Positions 7,329-15,518 of a stretch of DNA of 37,986 nt are shown piece after piece. Numbering within the stretch: the stretch's first letter is position 1; each line of letters starts with the position of its first letter. This DNA comes from a virus. Lineage: Duplodnaviria; Caudoviricetes. A program made the translations under genes and the position numbers. The notes below the pieces were generated by a model. That model saw nothing but the letters and a program-made list of their open reading frames with translations. It did no database searches and was not told where the DNA came from. The DNA is taken from positions 1 to 37,986 of the IMG/VR virus record IMGVR_UViG_3300017774_000620, one strand, 5' to 3'.

Positions 7329-9877
7329 GAAATGTCTCCAACAATTGTAAAGTTGTTAGCGCTTGTACAAAGAATTGATGCAGAACTGTATTGAGCGCGC
7401 AACACTGGGCTTGCAGATCCATTTGATGTAAATGTAACACCGCTTGCCACAATAGAAACCGCTCCTGCGCCAGTGCGCTGTACATAAATAACCTGTCCAG
7501 TGCTAAATGTTCCTGAAGGAACAGTAATGTTTGCTGTACCGCTTTGTGTCACCCATTTATTTACATCTCCTGCAACCAATTGATAAGCAGTTGATTGCGC
7601 GTTAAATGTAACTGTAGGAAGTGATCCAGTAGTTCCCTGTGTTCCCAAAGTTCCTTGAGTTCCAGTTAATCCTTGCAAACCAATTGTGCCTTGAACTCCT
7701 TGAACTCCCTGAGTACCTTCAGTTCCCTGGCTACCTGTTGTTCCTTGAGTTCCAGTAGCGCCCTGAATACCAGTTGTACCTTGCGTTCCCTGAATACCAG
7801 TATCACCAGTAGTTCCTTGTAATCCAGTTAAACCTTGAGTACCAGTGATGCCCTGAATTCCATTAAGCCCCTGAGATCCAGTTGTTCCTTGAATTCCCTC
7901 AAGCCCTTGCGTACCTTGAGTTCCAGTTATGCCCTGCAATCCAGTAATACCCTGAGTGCCATTTGTGCCTTGAGTACCATTTGTACCTTGAGAACCATTT
8001 AATCCATCAGTACCTTGAGATCCAGTAACACCTTGCAAACCCTCAAGTCCTTGAGTTCCTTGTGTTCCCTGTGTGCCTTGTGTTCCCTGGCTACCAGTAA
8101 TGCCCTGAACACCCTGAGTTCCCTGAGTTCCTTGCAAACCTTCTAAGCCCTGCGCACCTACTGCTCCCTGTGTGCCAGTAATACCTTGAGATCCAGTCAA
8201 ACCTTGTGCGCCAACAGTTCCCTGAATACCGTCTAAGCCCTGTGATCCAGTTTGTCCTTGAGAACCAGTTACACCTTGAACTCCTTGAGTACCCTGCAAA
8301 CCTTCAATGCCTTGTGCGCCAGTCTGACCCTGCGCGCCAACAAGTCCTTGAGTTCCAGTTGTTCCTTGAATTCCAGTAGTGCCTTGAACACCTTGCAAGC
8401 CCTGAGTTCCCTGCGCACCTGTCGCACCCTGCGCTCCTGTAACTCCTTGAACACCAACGCTCTGAGTAATAAGAGAAAGGTTGTGATTATTAGCAAAGTT
8501 TGTTGTGCCTGTTCCACCTGATGCTAAAAGCGTTACAGGAAAAGTGAAATAACTGTTAGTAACAGATGAAGGTGTGCCGTTTACTTCCCATTCTTGATAA
8601 TTATTAGAGTCATTTCTATCTTGAATAAAGAAAATGTCATTATCTTTAATGTTTGCTAATAAAAAATCAATGTCCACATTTAAATCTGTTAAATGAGAAA
8701 TGTAAATGTTTGTTGCAGAAATTTGTGTAGCGTTATTCCAAATAATTCTGCCAGCGGCAGGTACAGGTGTTTGTGAAGAAGTGTCTGATTGATACTCAAA
8801 AATAGATGATGATGTACCGCTTGCACCAGTATTACCCTGAACACCTTGAATACCATTTAAGCCCTGAACGCCCTGGCTACCAATAGTTCCCTGTACGCCT
8901 TGAGTTCCCTGCGCTCCAACAGTTCCCTGAATTCCATCAAGTCCTTGAGATCCTGTAACGCCTTGTAAGCCCGTTAAACCTTGCGCACCTGTTGCGCCCT
9001 GAGTTCCAGTTACACCTTGAGATCCAATAGTGCCTTGTACGCCCTGTGTACCTTGTGCGCCAGTAGATCCTTGCGCGCCAGTTGTTCCTTGTGTTCCGTC
9101 ATTGCCCTGAATTCCTTGTGTACCCTGCACACCTGTTAAACCTTGTACGCCAGTAATACCCTGAACACCCTGCGTTCCTGTTGTACCTTGAGAACCTGTA
9201 CCTGTTATTCCCTGAACGCCAGTTAAACCTTGAGATCCTGTTGTTCCCTGTGTTCCAGGTGTTCCAACATTACCTAGTAAGCCCTGCACACCCTGAGTTC
9301 CTGTAGTGCCTTGAATTCCTATTGCGCCCTGTGTTCCTGTTGCGCCTTGTACTCCATTTGTTCCAGTTGTGCCTTGCGCACCAATAGAACCCTGAATACC
9401 AAGTAAGCCTTGTGTACCAGTTGCTCCTTGTGTACCTGTAATACCTTGCGCGCCGTTAGTTCCTTGTACGCCAACTAAACCTTGTGTTCCTGTTGCACCC
9501 TGCGCACCAATTGTTCCCTGCGCTCCTGATGTACCTTGCGTTCCGTTAATTCCTTGTAAGCCAAATGATCCCTGAATACCTGTTTGGCCTTGAATACCTG
9601 TTGTTCCTTGCGCACCTTGTACGCCTTGCAAGCCAACTGAACCTTGAATACCAGTTAATCCTTGTGCGCCAATTAAACCCTGTGTGCCTTGTGCCTGGTT
9701 AAATCCGCCACCTTGTAAACCTTGTGTACCTTGCACACCTTGAGCAGAAAAGTTACCTGAAATGCCTTGAATACCTTGAGCGCCTTGTTGCCCCATAGGG
9801 CCAGGTGTAACAACAATGACATTGGGAGTTCCAACAGGGTTTGGATTGTTTAGAAAGTTATTTGGGTTGTATGTCAT
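7325..9877 (-). CDS. Collagen-like fibre protein: two Gly-X-Y segments, an internal globular domain and a C-terminal beta domain
   Basis: Long Gly-X-Gln/Thr triplet runs interrupted by a ~120 aa non-repeat domain; ends ...LRAQYSSASILCTSANNFTIVGDIS. Confidence 0.9.
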   Translation of the reverse strand: MTYNPNNFLNNPNPVGTPNVIVVTPGPMGQQGAQGIQGISGNFSAQGVQGTQGLQGGGFNQAQGTQGLIGAQGLTGIQGSVGLQGVQGAQGTTGIQGQTGIQGSFGLQGINGTQGTSGAQGTIGAQGATGTQGLVGVQGTNGAQGITGTQGATGTQGLLGIQGSIGAQGTTGTNGVQGATGTQGAIGIQGTTGTQGVQGLLGNVGTPGTQGTTGSQGLTGVQGITGTGSQGTTGTQGVQGITGVQGLTGVQGTQGIQGNDGTQGTTGAQGSTGAQGTQGVQGTIGSQGVTGTQGATGAQGLTGLQGVTGSQGLDGIQGTVGAQGTQGVQGTIGSQGVQGLNGIQGVQGNTGASGTSSSIFEYQSDTSSQTPVPAAGRIIWNNATQISATNIYISHLTDLNVDIDFLLANIKDNDIFFIQDRNDSNNYQEWEVNGTPSSVTNSYFTFPVTLLASGGTGTTNFANNHNLSLITQSVGVQGVTGAQGATGAQGTQGLQGVQGTTGIQGTTGTQGLVGAQGQTGAQGIEGLQGTQGVQGVTGSQGQTGSQGLDGIQGTVGAQGLTGSQGITGTQGAVGAQGLEGLQGTQGTQGVQGITGSQGTQGTQGTQGTQGLEGLQGVTGSQGTDGLNGSQGTNGTQGTNGTQGITGLQGITGTQGTQGLEGIQGTTGSQGLNGIQGITGTQGLTGLQGTTGDTGIQGTQGTTGIQGATGTQGTTGSQGTEGTQGVQGVQGTIGLQGLTGTQGTLGTQGTTGSLPTVTFNAQSTAYQLVAGDVNKWVTQSGTANITVPSGTFSTGQVIYVQRTGAGAVSIVASGVTFTSNGSASPVLRAQYSSASILCTSANNFTIVGDIS
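7625..9800. repeat. Degenerate 9-bp-period coding repeat (collagen triplets), interrupted at ~8455-8815
   Basis: Recurring ccttg/ccctg...cc units matching G-X-Q codons. Confidence 0.85.
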
Positions 9878-10419
9878 CTTGTCACCTCTGCATTTACATT
9901 TAATTCACCCTGAACAATACGCGTTTTCACACCCGCAGGTGATGTTATTTCTAAATCATAATAATACGGGCCTGCACTAATTGCCGCTGTTTGTACCGCT
10001 GTTGCTCGCACTGCAAGTGTTCCAGTTGGCCCATCAATTGTAATACCGCTTGCCTGTGTGAGCGTTAAAACTGCAATAGCGTCATTAGGTAAAGAGCGCA
10101 ATTGCATTGATGCTGTGTAGCCCGTAATGTCCACTGCGCTTAATGCGTCACCGCCCTGTGTGTACAAGCCAGTTGCAGAATTAGTAACAGTAAATTGCGT
10201 TGATGTGCGTGAAGCAATTGTTACATTGCCTAAATTGTATTGGCTAGGCATGATCCCTTGAATAAAAACAGTTTGCCCTGCACTAAAGCCGTTTTCTGCG
10301 GTGTATGTAATAGTTGTGCCATTGCCTACTGCGTTTGTAATCGTTGCAGGCTGTGTGTACAAGAAATTGCGAAACCAGTCAGAGCCTTGATCAATTATTG
10401 TGTTGTAATTGTCAGCCAT
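9874..10419 (-). CDS. BppU/LtfC-like beta-sandwich fibre-attachment protein with an inserted domain
   Basis: IDQGSDW...VDITGYTASMQLR...YYYDLEITSPAG..TRIVQG pattern; ATGA-coupled to the collagen gene. Confidence 0.6.
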   Translation of the reverse strand: MADNYNTIIDQGSDWFRNFLYTQPATITNAVGNGTTITYTAENGFSAGQTVFIQGIMPSQYNLGNVTIASRTSTQFTVTNSATGLYTQGGDALSAVDITGYTASMQLRSLPNDAIAVLTLTQASGITIDGPTGTLAVRATAVQTAAISAGPYYYDLEITSPAGVKTRIVQGELNVNAEVTR

Positions 10420-11840
10420 TACGCTCCCTGTGACACCTCAGAATTTGGGCTAATCATAGCGGTTCTACATGCTGAGCAATGTGTAAATGATTTAGGCATT
10501 GGCAACCCGCACTTAGGGCAATGGTTAGCAATCGCATTAAAGTAATTACTAACTGTAACTTTTCCTAAGAGATCACTAAAGCCCTGCACCATTGCATCAA
10601 TGCGGTCAGGTGAGTTTGGTTCGTCTATTGTCCAGGTACACATTTGATCTTCTAACTCTGCAAACTCTCCAATGTGGTGAATACGGCCCTGCTCATACAT
10701 AGCCGCTACAGGTTCAGCGCGTAATTTCTTACCTACATGCGCTCTCACTTCTCTAATCGGCAAGGTTGGCCTTACCTGCTTCAACACTGCGCCCACCATG
10801 TCACCACCCTGGTTTACTTCAACCAAAACAGCATCAGCCTTGTACCCGTCAAATAGTTCTACCGCCTTTGTAGCCCACTGCAACGGTGATCCTCTAAATG
10901 AGTAATCTCCCAGTACATAACCTTGCCCATCTGCGGTAGATCCAACAACAACAATGCCTGTTTCATCTGACTTCTCTGAGTTAGTTACGGCAGGATCAAC
11001 GCTTACAACAATGCGGGCCATAGTGGGTGCTGTTGCAATGCGTGTGCGGTCAATTAAACCTCTAGTCCATAACGCGCCTTCAACATCATCAAGGATTTCT
11101 CCATAAAGTTCTTGCCTTCCTAATCTTGTGCCGTTGTAACGGGCTTGTAATTCCATCAATGCGCTAGGGGCTAGATTTGCCGCGTTATCAAATGTGCTTC
11201 CCCTGGTAATAACTACTGAGCCATCTGTACGGCCTGCAAGCATGCGTATAAGAGCCGTAGAGCGTGGCGTAGTGGTAACAATAACCCGCGGTTTCTTTCC
11301 CAGGCGTAGGCCAAACTGCAATTGATCCCAGGCATCTTGATAGCGCCATGCACCTAATTCATCACACCAAGCGCCATGATGCTGTGGGCCTCTAAAGCGT
11401 TCAGGATTGTCTGCGCTAAATAACTTTATGCGGCTTCCGTTTTTAAGCAGGATCTCACCAATAGAACGGTTGTAATTTTGAAGCATTTGATACCGCTGTA
11501 GTACCGCAACAATGCCTGACTCACCCTCTGCGCATGTATCTCTAACATCTGAGAAAGTAGGAGCAACAACAGCCCAACGCGTAGCGGGTTGAACAATTGC
11601 CTGCCACGCAATTTCTTCAGCGCCTAATCTTGTTTTGCCAAATCCACGGCCTGCCATTGCAAGCCAAATGTTCCAATCACCTTCAGGGGGTAGTTGTTCC
11701 TTCCGCGCCAGTTTGTTCTTCCATACCCAACGGCTCGCCTTGATCCGTGAGTTCTGTGATGGTTGCAATGTTTCCAATTGTTGAGGCTTCAATAATTCTT
11801 GCGACACGCTCAACTTCTCTGTCCAGGTCTGATCCGTCAT
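10419..11840 (-). CDS. terL: Terminase large subunit (start uncertain; TTG 11777 possible)
   Basis: Walker A AGRGFGKT, Walker B AWCDE, VTTTP, nuclease motifs VSVDPA and SPDRIDA; C-terminal CxxC...CxxC. Confidence 0.95.
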   Translation of the reverse strand: MTDQTWTEKLSVSQELLKPQQLETLQPSQNSRIKASRWVWKNKLARKEQLPPEGDWNIWLAMAGRGFGKTRLGAEEIAWQAIVQPATRWAVVAPTFSDVRDTCAEGESGIVAVLQRYQMLQNYNRSIGEILLKNGSRIKLFSADNPERFRGPQHHGAWCDELGAWRYQDAWDQLQFGLRLGKKPRVIVTTTPRSTALIRMLAGRTDGSVVITRGSTFDNAANLAPSALMELQARYNGTRLGRQELYGEILDDVEGALWTRGLIDRTRIATAPTMARIVVSVDPAVTNSEKSDETGIVVVGSTADGQGYVLGDYSFRGSPLQWATKAVELFDGYKADAVLVEVNQGGDMVGAVLKQVRPTLPIREVRAHVGKKLRAEPVAAMYEQGRIHHIGEFAELEDQMCTWTIDEPNSPDRIDAMVQGFSDLLGKVTVSNYFNAIANHCPKCGLPMPKSFTHCSACRTAMISPNSEVSQGA

Positions 11841-12180
11841 AAGTAACCACCTCTGCTTGTACCTTCAATGGTGCATCTAATCCCAATAACTTTGCGCGCT
11901 TATCAATTACGCGTAGAACATAATCTGCCGCTCTGAGATTACCGTTTACGGCAGGTTGCCAGTAAGTACGCTGAAGATTATCCAGGCGGTCTAATTCCAG
12001 TTCACGGTGTTCCTCTATTGTGGCAATAGGGTGACGCATAAGAGCGCGCTTGTAAGCCTTCACAACGCCTGCAATGCTCATGTCCACCATAACTGCTATC
12101 TCACGCCACACATAACCTTCATGGCGCAACTCAATTATGGTTGTTTCTTTTTCTACTAACTCTTGCGTGATTTCTACCAT
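11683..12180 (-). CDS. terS: Terminase small subunit / HTH protein
   Basis: N-terminal HTH (LRHEGYVWREIA), ELDRLD and RAKLLGLDAP; immediately upstream of TerL. Confidence 0.75.
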   Translation of the reverse strand: MVEITQELVEKETTIIELRHEGYVWREIAVMVDMSIAGVVKAYKRALMRHPIATIEEHRELELDRLDNLQRTYWQPAVNGNLRAADYVLRVIDKRAKLLGLDAPLKVQAEVVTYDGSDLDREVERVARIIEASTIGNIATITELTDQGEPLGMEEQTGAEGTTTP

Positions 12181-12222
12181 AATGTGTAAATGTTAATGTT
12201 TTAAAAAGTTTCCTGCAAATTG

Positions 12223-12257
12223 AAAGAACAAAACCCACACTCAGTTAAGAATGTGGG
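12223..12257 (-). terminator. Rho-independent terminator
   Basis: Minus strand CCCACATTC-TTAACT-GAGTGTGGG followed by TTTTGTTCTTT. Confidence 0.65.
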
Positions 12258-12330
12258 CTGTGTCCAGCACTCGCACTAGGTACTTATGTTTCCCTAGCGT
12301 GAAGTTGTGAGATCTTCTCACCTGCGTAAC

Positions 12331-12420
12331 TTATCTAACTCCTAATGCCATTGCAACTACAGCAATAAATAGGCTTAGGACAATAAAAAGCATTACCCCA
12401 TCAAACGGTGTGTTGTTCAT
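12331..12420 (-). CDS. 29-aa membrane peptide
   Basis: MNNTPFDGVMLFIVLSLFIAVVAMALGVR; ATGA overlap with the upstream ORF. Confidence 0.55.
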   Translation of the reverse strand: MNNTPFDGVMLFIVLSLFIAVVAMALGVR

Positions 12421-12602
12421 GGTTTACCAGTCCTTACAAGGTTTAACCTGGCATCAAGCAAATCATCTAATTGTTCTGTAAGCATTTCCTTTTTGCGCCA
12501 ATCCATGCGGTTGCCAACTTCATCAGTTTTAAGCATGGTGTAAACATGACTCAGACATTCATCTATCTGATCCAGGGTTACTTCTTCCTCAATGACTATC
12601 AC
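12417..12602 (-). CDS. Hypothetical protein
   Basis: 61-aa ORF in operon context. Confidence 0.6.
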   Translation of the reverse strand: MIVIEEEVTLDQIDECLSHVYTMLKTDEVGNRMDWRKKEMLTEQLDDLLDARLNLVRTGKP

Positions 12603-12611
12603 ATGAAGATG

Positions 12612-12797
12612 TTAGCCTTGATTACGCTCCTGGCGCTTTAAAAAATAGTTTTCAACATCATCTTTTGTGTAGAACACATTACGGCCTGACTTCTGTACCC
12701 ATGTAAGTGTTTTACGGTGTTGGATCTGCCGTAAATTGTTAATTGTAATGTTTAAGCGCTCGCATACTTCTGCCGCGCTCATTAGATCATCTACCAC
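12612..12797 (-). CDS. HTH DNA-binding protein (MerR/excisionase-like)
   Basis: LMSAAEVCERLNIT...GRNVFYTKDDVE; AAGGAGG RBS. Confidence 0.75.
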   Translation of the reverse strand: MVDDLMSAAEVCERLNITINNLRQIQHRKTLTWVQKSGRNVFYTKDDVENYFLKRQERNQG

Positions 12798-13162
12798 GGT
12801 GTTGCCTCCTTAGATGTAAATTGCTTTTGTTCTTTTGGCTTTCCCGATCTAGGAACTAAACCTACATCTTTGGCTGTAATCTCCATAGATGTTTTTTCTT
12901 TGCCTTCTTTGTCTGTGTATGTGCTTTGTGCCAATTCACCAGTTACTAAAACTGTGTCACCTTTTTTAAAAGTGTCTGCAATTGCTTCAGCCTTTGTACC
13001 AAATGCAACAACCTTAAACCACATTGTTTCCCCATCTTGCCACTCACCATTAACTTGTTTGCGCGGTGTGTAAGCCAATGAGAAATTACAGTATGCGGTG
13101 TTATTCTTTGAAAACTTTAGGTCAGGGTCACTGCCTAAATTACCTTTTACACTTATGTTCAT
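12791..13162 (-). CDS. ssb: Single-stranded DNA-binding protein
   Basis: GNLGSDPDLKF, TMWFKVVAFG, KGDTVLVTG; C-terminal ...TPW. Confidence 0.92.
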   Translation of the reverse strand: MNISVKGNLGSDPDLKFSKNNTAYCNFSLAYTPRKQVNGEWQDGETMWFKVVAFGTKAEAIADTFKKGDTVLVTGELAQSTYTDKEGKEKTSMEITAKDVGLVPRSGKPKEQKQFTSKEATPW

Positions 13163-13503
13163 TAGTCACCTTCCATCATTACGGCTTCAGTACCGTCATC
13201 TAGTAGTAATACAATTGAACCATTAGGCTTCACAAAAGGAAATTCATGTGGCTCTCTGTAAGATGGCACAATCCAACCCTTTTGTTCTGCGCTTGCAGGC
13301 TTGAGGTGAATACTATCGGTTTTTAGATTATGGCAACCGTGATGGATCAAGATGAGATTTGAAACAGTATCTTTGCCCCCACGGGATTTAAGTTTGCGGT
13401 GATGCAAGGCCATGTTTTCAGGCAAGCCAGGGCCACCGCACACTTCACAATAGCCATTGGCTCTGTTAATTACGGTAGCAACAACCTTCTTATCAATCGC
13501 CAT
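13162..13503 (-). CDS. HNH endonuclease
   Basis: CEVCG...LHHRKLKSRGGKDTVSNLILIHHGCH; start moved to MAIDKK. Confidence 0.85.
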   Translation of the reverse strand: MAIDKKVVATVINRANGYCEVCGGPGLPENMALHHRKLKSRGGKDTVSNLILIHHGCHNLKTDSIHLKPASAEQKGWIVPSYREPHEFPFVKPNGSIVLLLDDGTEAVMMEGD

Positions 13504-13588
13504 CTTCTTCTTCATCTTCCCATTCAGTAGGATCTACCGTAGGAAGATCAACGCGCAATGGCAGGCCAAACGGTGATGCTGTACTCAA
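13493..13588 (-). CDS. 31-aa acidic peptide
   Basis: TTG start overlapping the upstream TGA; (M)STASPFGLPLRVDLPTVDPTEWEDEEEDGD. Confidence 0.4.
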   Translation of the reverse strand: MSTASPFGLPLRVDLPTVDPTEWEDEEEDGD

Positions 13589-14010
13589 TACCAACCTCCA
13601 TGTAAGTCAGGGCCAGCCTGCTTTTTCCAAAATTCCCACGCCCCGCAAGGTGTTCCGTATCTTTTGTACACATAGCGCAATCCCGCTTTTATTTGGGTGT
13701 ACGCATCTTTAGGTTTGTAAGGGTATTTGTAATTAGCCCATGTACTAGGCAAAAATTGAAATAACCCCCACGCGCCTGAAGAACGATTAAGCGCATTAAC
13801 GCGCCAACCGCTTTCTTTTGTGAGCAATTGATCTAGGCAAGCATACTGTTTTTTATGATCAATGTAATTTTTCTTCACCATTTCCAACGCCATCAACTTA
13901 GGAGGCATTTGGTGCAACTCTAATTTTGGTGCTTGAGCCGCCGCAGGTGAAGCAAACACAATTCCTACCGCTAATGCGGCGCTTAAAAGGATCTGTGTAA
14001 AACGCTTCAG
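13585..14010 (-). CDS. Secreted lytic transglycosylase (SLT/lysozyme-like), probable CTG start
   Basis: Catalytic ESGW, SSGAWGLFQF, QIKAGLRYVYKRYG. The in-frame extension to CTG 14010 gives a signal peptide KRFTQILLSAALAVGIVFASPAAAQA. Confidence 0.8.
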   Translation of the reverse strand: MKRFTQILLSAALAVGIVFASPAAAQAPKLELHQMPPKLMALEMVKKNYIDHKKQYACLDQLLTKESGWRVNALNRSSGAWGLFQFLPSTWANYKYPYKPKDAYTQIKAGLRYVYKRYGTPCGAWEFWKKQAGPDLHGGWY

Positions 14011-14013
14011 GCT

Positions 14014-14103
14014 TTAGCCTTTGGCCAACTTTCTACACACTTCACAAGCGGCGTTACCGTAAACCCAACTACCGCACAAACAACGATTAATTAAACTATC
14101 CAT
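14014..14103 (-). CDS. 29-aa Cys-rich microprotein
   Basis: MDSLINRCLCGSWVYGNAACEVCRKLAKG; GAAAGGGG RBS. Confidence 0.55.
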   Translation of the reverse strand: MDSLINRCLCGSWVYGNAACEVCRKLAKG

Positions 14104-14127
14104 TTCTTTACCCCTTTCAGGTTATTT

Positions 14128-14208
14128 TTAGGACTGTTCTATTTTATAGCAAATGTGTTCAATTACAACGCCTAAAAGCGTCACAATAATTACGCCCGCA
14201 ATTAACAT
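14128..14208 (-). CDS. 26-aa membrane peptide
   Basis: MLIAGVIIVTLLGVVIEHICYKIEQS; TGATG coupling. Confidence 0.45.
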   Translation of the reverse strand: MLIAGVIIVTLLGVVIEHICYKIEQS

Positions 14209-14414
14209 CATTCTTCTTCCTCCTGTGGCGTTAAATTATTTATTGCTTGAATTACATTAGCCCTGCTCAATCTAATGCCTTCCACAAAACCCATGTACCG
14301 CTCACGGCTTTCAGGTTCAGCCAACATTTTTGCTACATACGGGCCTTCAATCCATGTTGTTAAAACATCTTGTAATGGTTCTAAATGGTTTTTAATTACT
14401 TCTTCAGGTGTCAT
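14208..14414 (-). CDS. Hypothetical protein
   Basis: MTPEEVIK... start by ATGA coupling. Confidence 0.6.
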   Translation of the reverse strand: MTPEEVIKNHLEPLQDVLTTWIEGPYVAKMLAEPESRERYMGFVEGIRLSRANVIQAINNLTPQEEEE

Positions 14415-14566
14415 GGGTAAATCAAATCTATGCAAAATTCACTCATTTGATCTACAGGCACTTTGCATTGATCAGGTGTTGTTGCGTTTAAAAGCAAACC
14501 CCAAACTGTAATAAACAAAATTGCAACCACAATCTTGCCTCTGCGTGTCAATCTACTCTTTGCCAT
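14411..14566 (-). CDS. Small membrane protein
   Basis: MAKSRLTRRGKIVVAILFITVWGLLL...C...C; GAGGG RBS. Confidence 0.6.
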   Translation of the reverse strand: MAKSRLTRRGKIVVAILFITVWGLLLNATTPDQCKVPVDQMSEFCIDLIYP

Positions 14567-14726
14567 TGCTTGCCCTCTTTCTGAACCATTCTTGTGTGCC
14601 GCACCACTCGCACTCACTCAGTGCCTTGCCTTCTACTGCTTCAAACACAATTACAAAATTTGCAGGTGATCCATAAGTTCCACACCAAACGCATCTAGGC
14701 GCATCAGGTTCTTTGTTTATAGACAT
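14553..14726 (-). CDS. Zn-finger microprotein
   Basis: MSINKEPDAPRCVWCG...ECEWCGTQEWFRKRASNGKE, read by hand. Confidence 0.55.
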   Translation of the reverse strand: MSINKEPDAPRCVWCGTYGSPANFVIVFEAVEGKALSECEWCGTQEWFRKRASNGKE

Positions 14727-14874
14727 TGTGGATCTGTGGGTTCATGTCAGCCAACTTATCTTGAATTGCAAACCACACCTGCTCGCGTTGCATTGCATTA
14801 TTCATTGACTGACTTTTATTAGGTGGAATTACAAAATCATTGAACTCCACCGTTATCTCTAACTTGAACTTCAC
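14704..14874 (-). CDS. Hypothetical microprotein
   Basis: GTG start overlapping the upstream TGA; (M)KFKLEITVEFNDFVIPP... Confidence 0.5.
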   Translation of the reverse strand: MKFKLEITVEFNDFVIPPNKSQSMNNAMQREQVWFAIQDKLADMNPQIHNVYKQRT

Positions 14875-15086
14875 ACACATGTCCTTTCGCGCTTGTTAAT
14901 TTCTTTAATTACGCGTATGCGTGTTGCTTCTACGGTTTTTATAGGATCACCAAATTCTTTTTTGTGATGATCGTACGCATAATTATTTGGCTTGCCTGTT
15001 TCATCATCATAACCATCATCAAGAGTTGCTTGGTATTGAGCAAGCGCTTGATTAATAATTTGTAGATCTTTACTGGTTAGCGCCAT
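14871..15086 (-). CDS. Hypothetical protein
   Basis: 71-aa ORF, TAATG-coupled. Confidence 0.6.
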   Translation of the reverse strand: MALTSKDLQIINQALAQYQATLDDGYDDETGKPNNYAYDHHKKEFGDPIKTVEATRIRVIKEINKRERTCV

Positions 15087-15223
15087 TAATTTAATCCTTC
15101 CTGGAATGGATTTGGAGCAAAAACCCCAAACTTTTTTATTTCTTTAATGCAAATAAAACAAACACCTTGTCCGTTTTCTAAAACTAAACCCGCTCCAAAT
15201 CTTTCACACAATGAACATTTCAT
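15086..15223 (-). CDS. Zn-finger microprotein
   Basis: MKCSLC...VCFIC; AAGGAGG RBS; TAATG coupling. Confidence 0.6.
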   Translation of the reverse strand: MKCSLCERFGAGLVLENGQGVCFICIKEIKKFGVFAPNPFQEGLN

Positions 15224-15342
15224 TACTTTGCCTCCTTGTTTTTTAATTGGACTCTTTCGCACTCACCATAAAGTTTATGGTTTGTTTGACGATTGATTAC
15301 ATAAGTACCGCATGCTGAACAGATTGCCGCGTAGCGCTCCAT
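15223..15342 (-). CDS. Zn-finger-like microprotein
   Basis: MERYAAICSACG...HKLYGEC...KEAK; AAGGAGG RBS. Confidence 0.6.
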   Translation of the reverse strand: MERYAAICSACGTYVINRQTNHKLYGECERVQLKNKEAK

Positions 15343-15344
15343 AA

Positions 15345-15518
15345 TTACTTTGCCTCCTTAACTGCTATAAATTCTTTTGCTTCTTTTAATGTTGAAGCCC
15401 ATGTAAATTCTGATGGGTAGATAGTGCTTCCTTTTGTCACTCTCCATGCGCCATGTAATTTTACAATCTCCCAATTCTTGTAACGGTATGAACCCGCATA
15501 GAATTTTGTAAACTTCAT
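15345..15518 (-). CDS. Hypothetical microprotein
   Basis: MKFTKFYAGSYRYKNWEI...TLKEAKEFIAVKEAK; TAATG coupling. Confidence 0.6.
   Translation of the reverse strand: MKFTKFYAGSYRYKNWEIVKLHGAWRVTKGSTIYPSEFTWASTLKEAKEFIAVKEAK

Noticed and set aside
7625-9800. Possible CRISPR array or satellite repeat
   Set aside because: The periodicity is explained by Gly-X-Y codons; there is no repeat-spacer structure.
12240-12330. Possible tRNA
   Set aside because: No cloverleaf, T-loop consensus or acceptor stem found.
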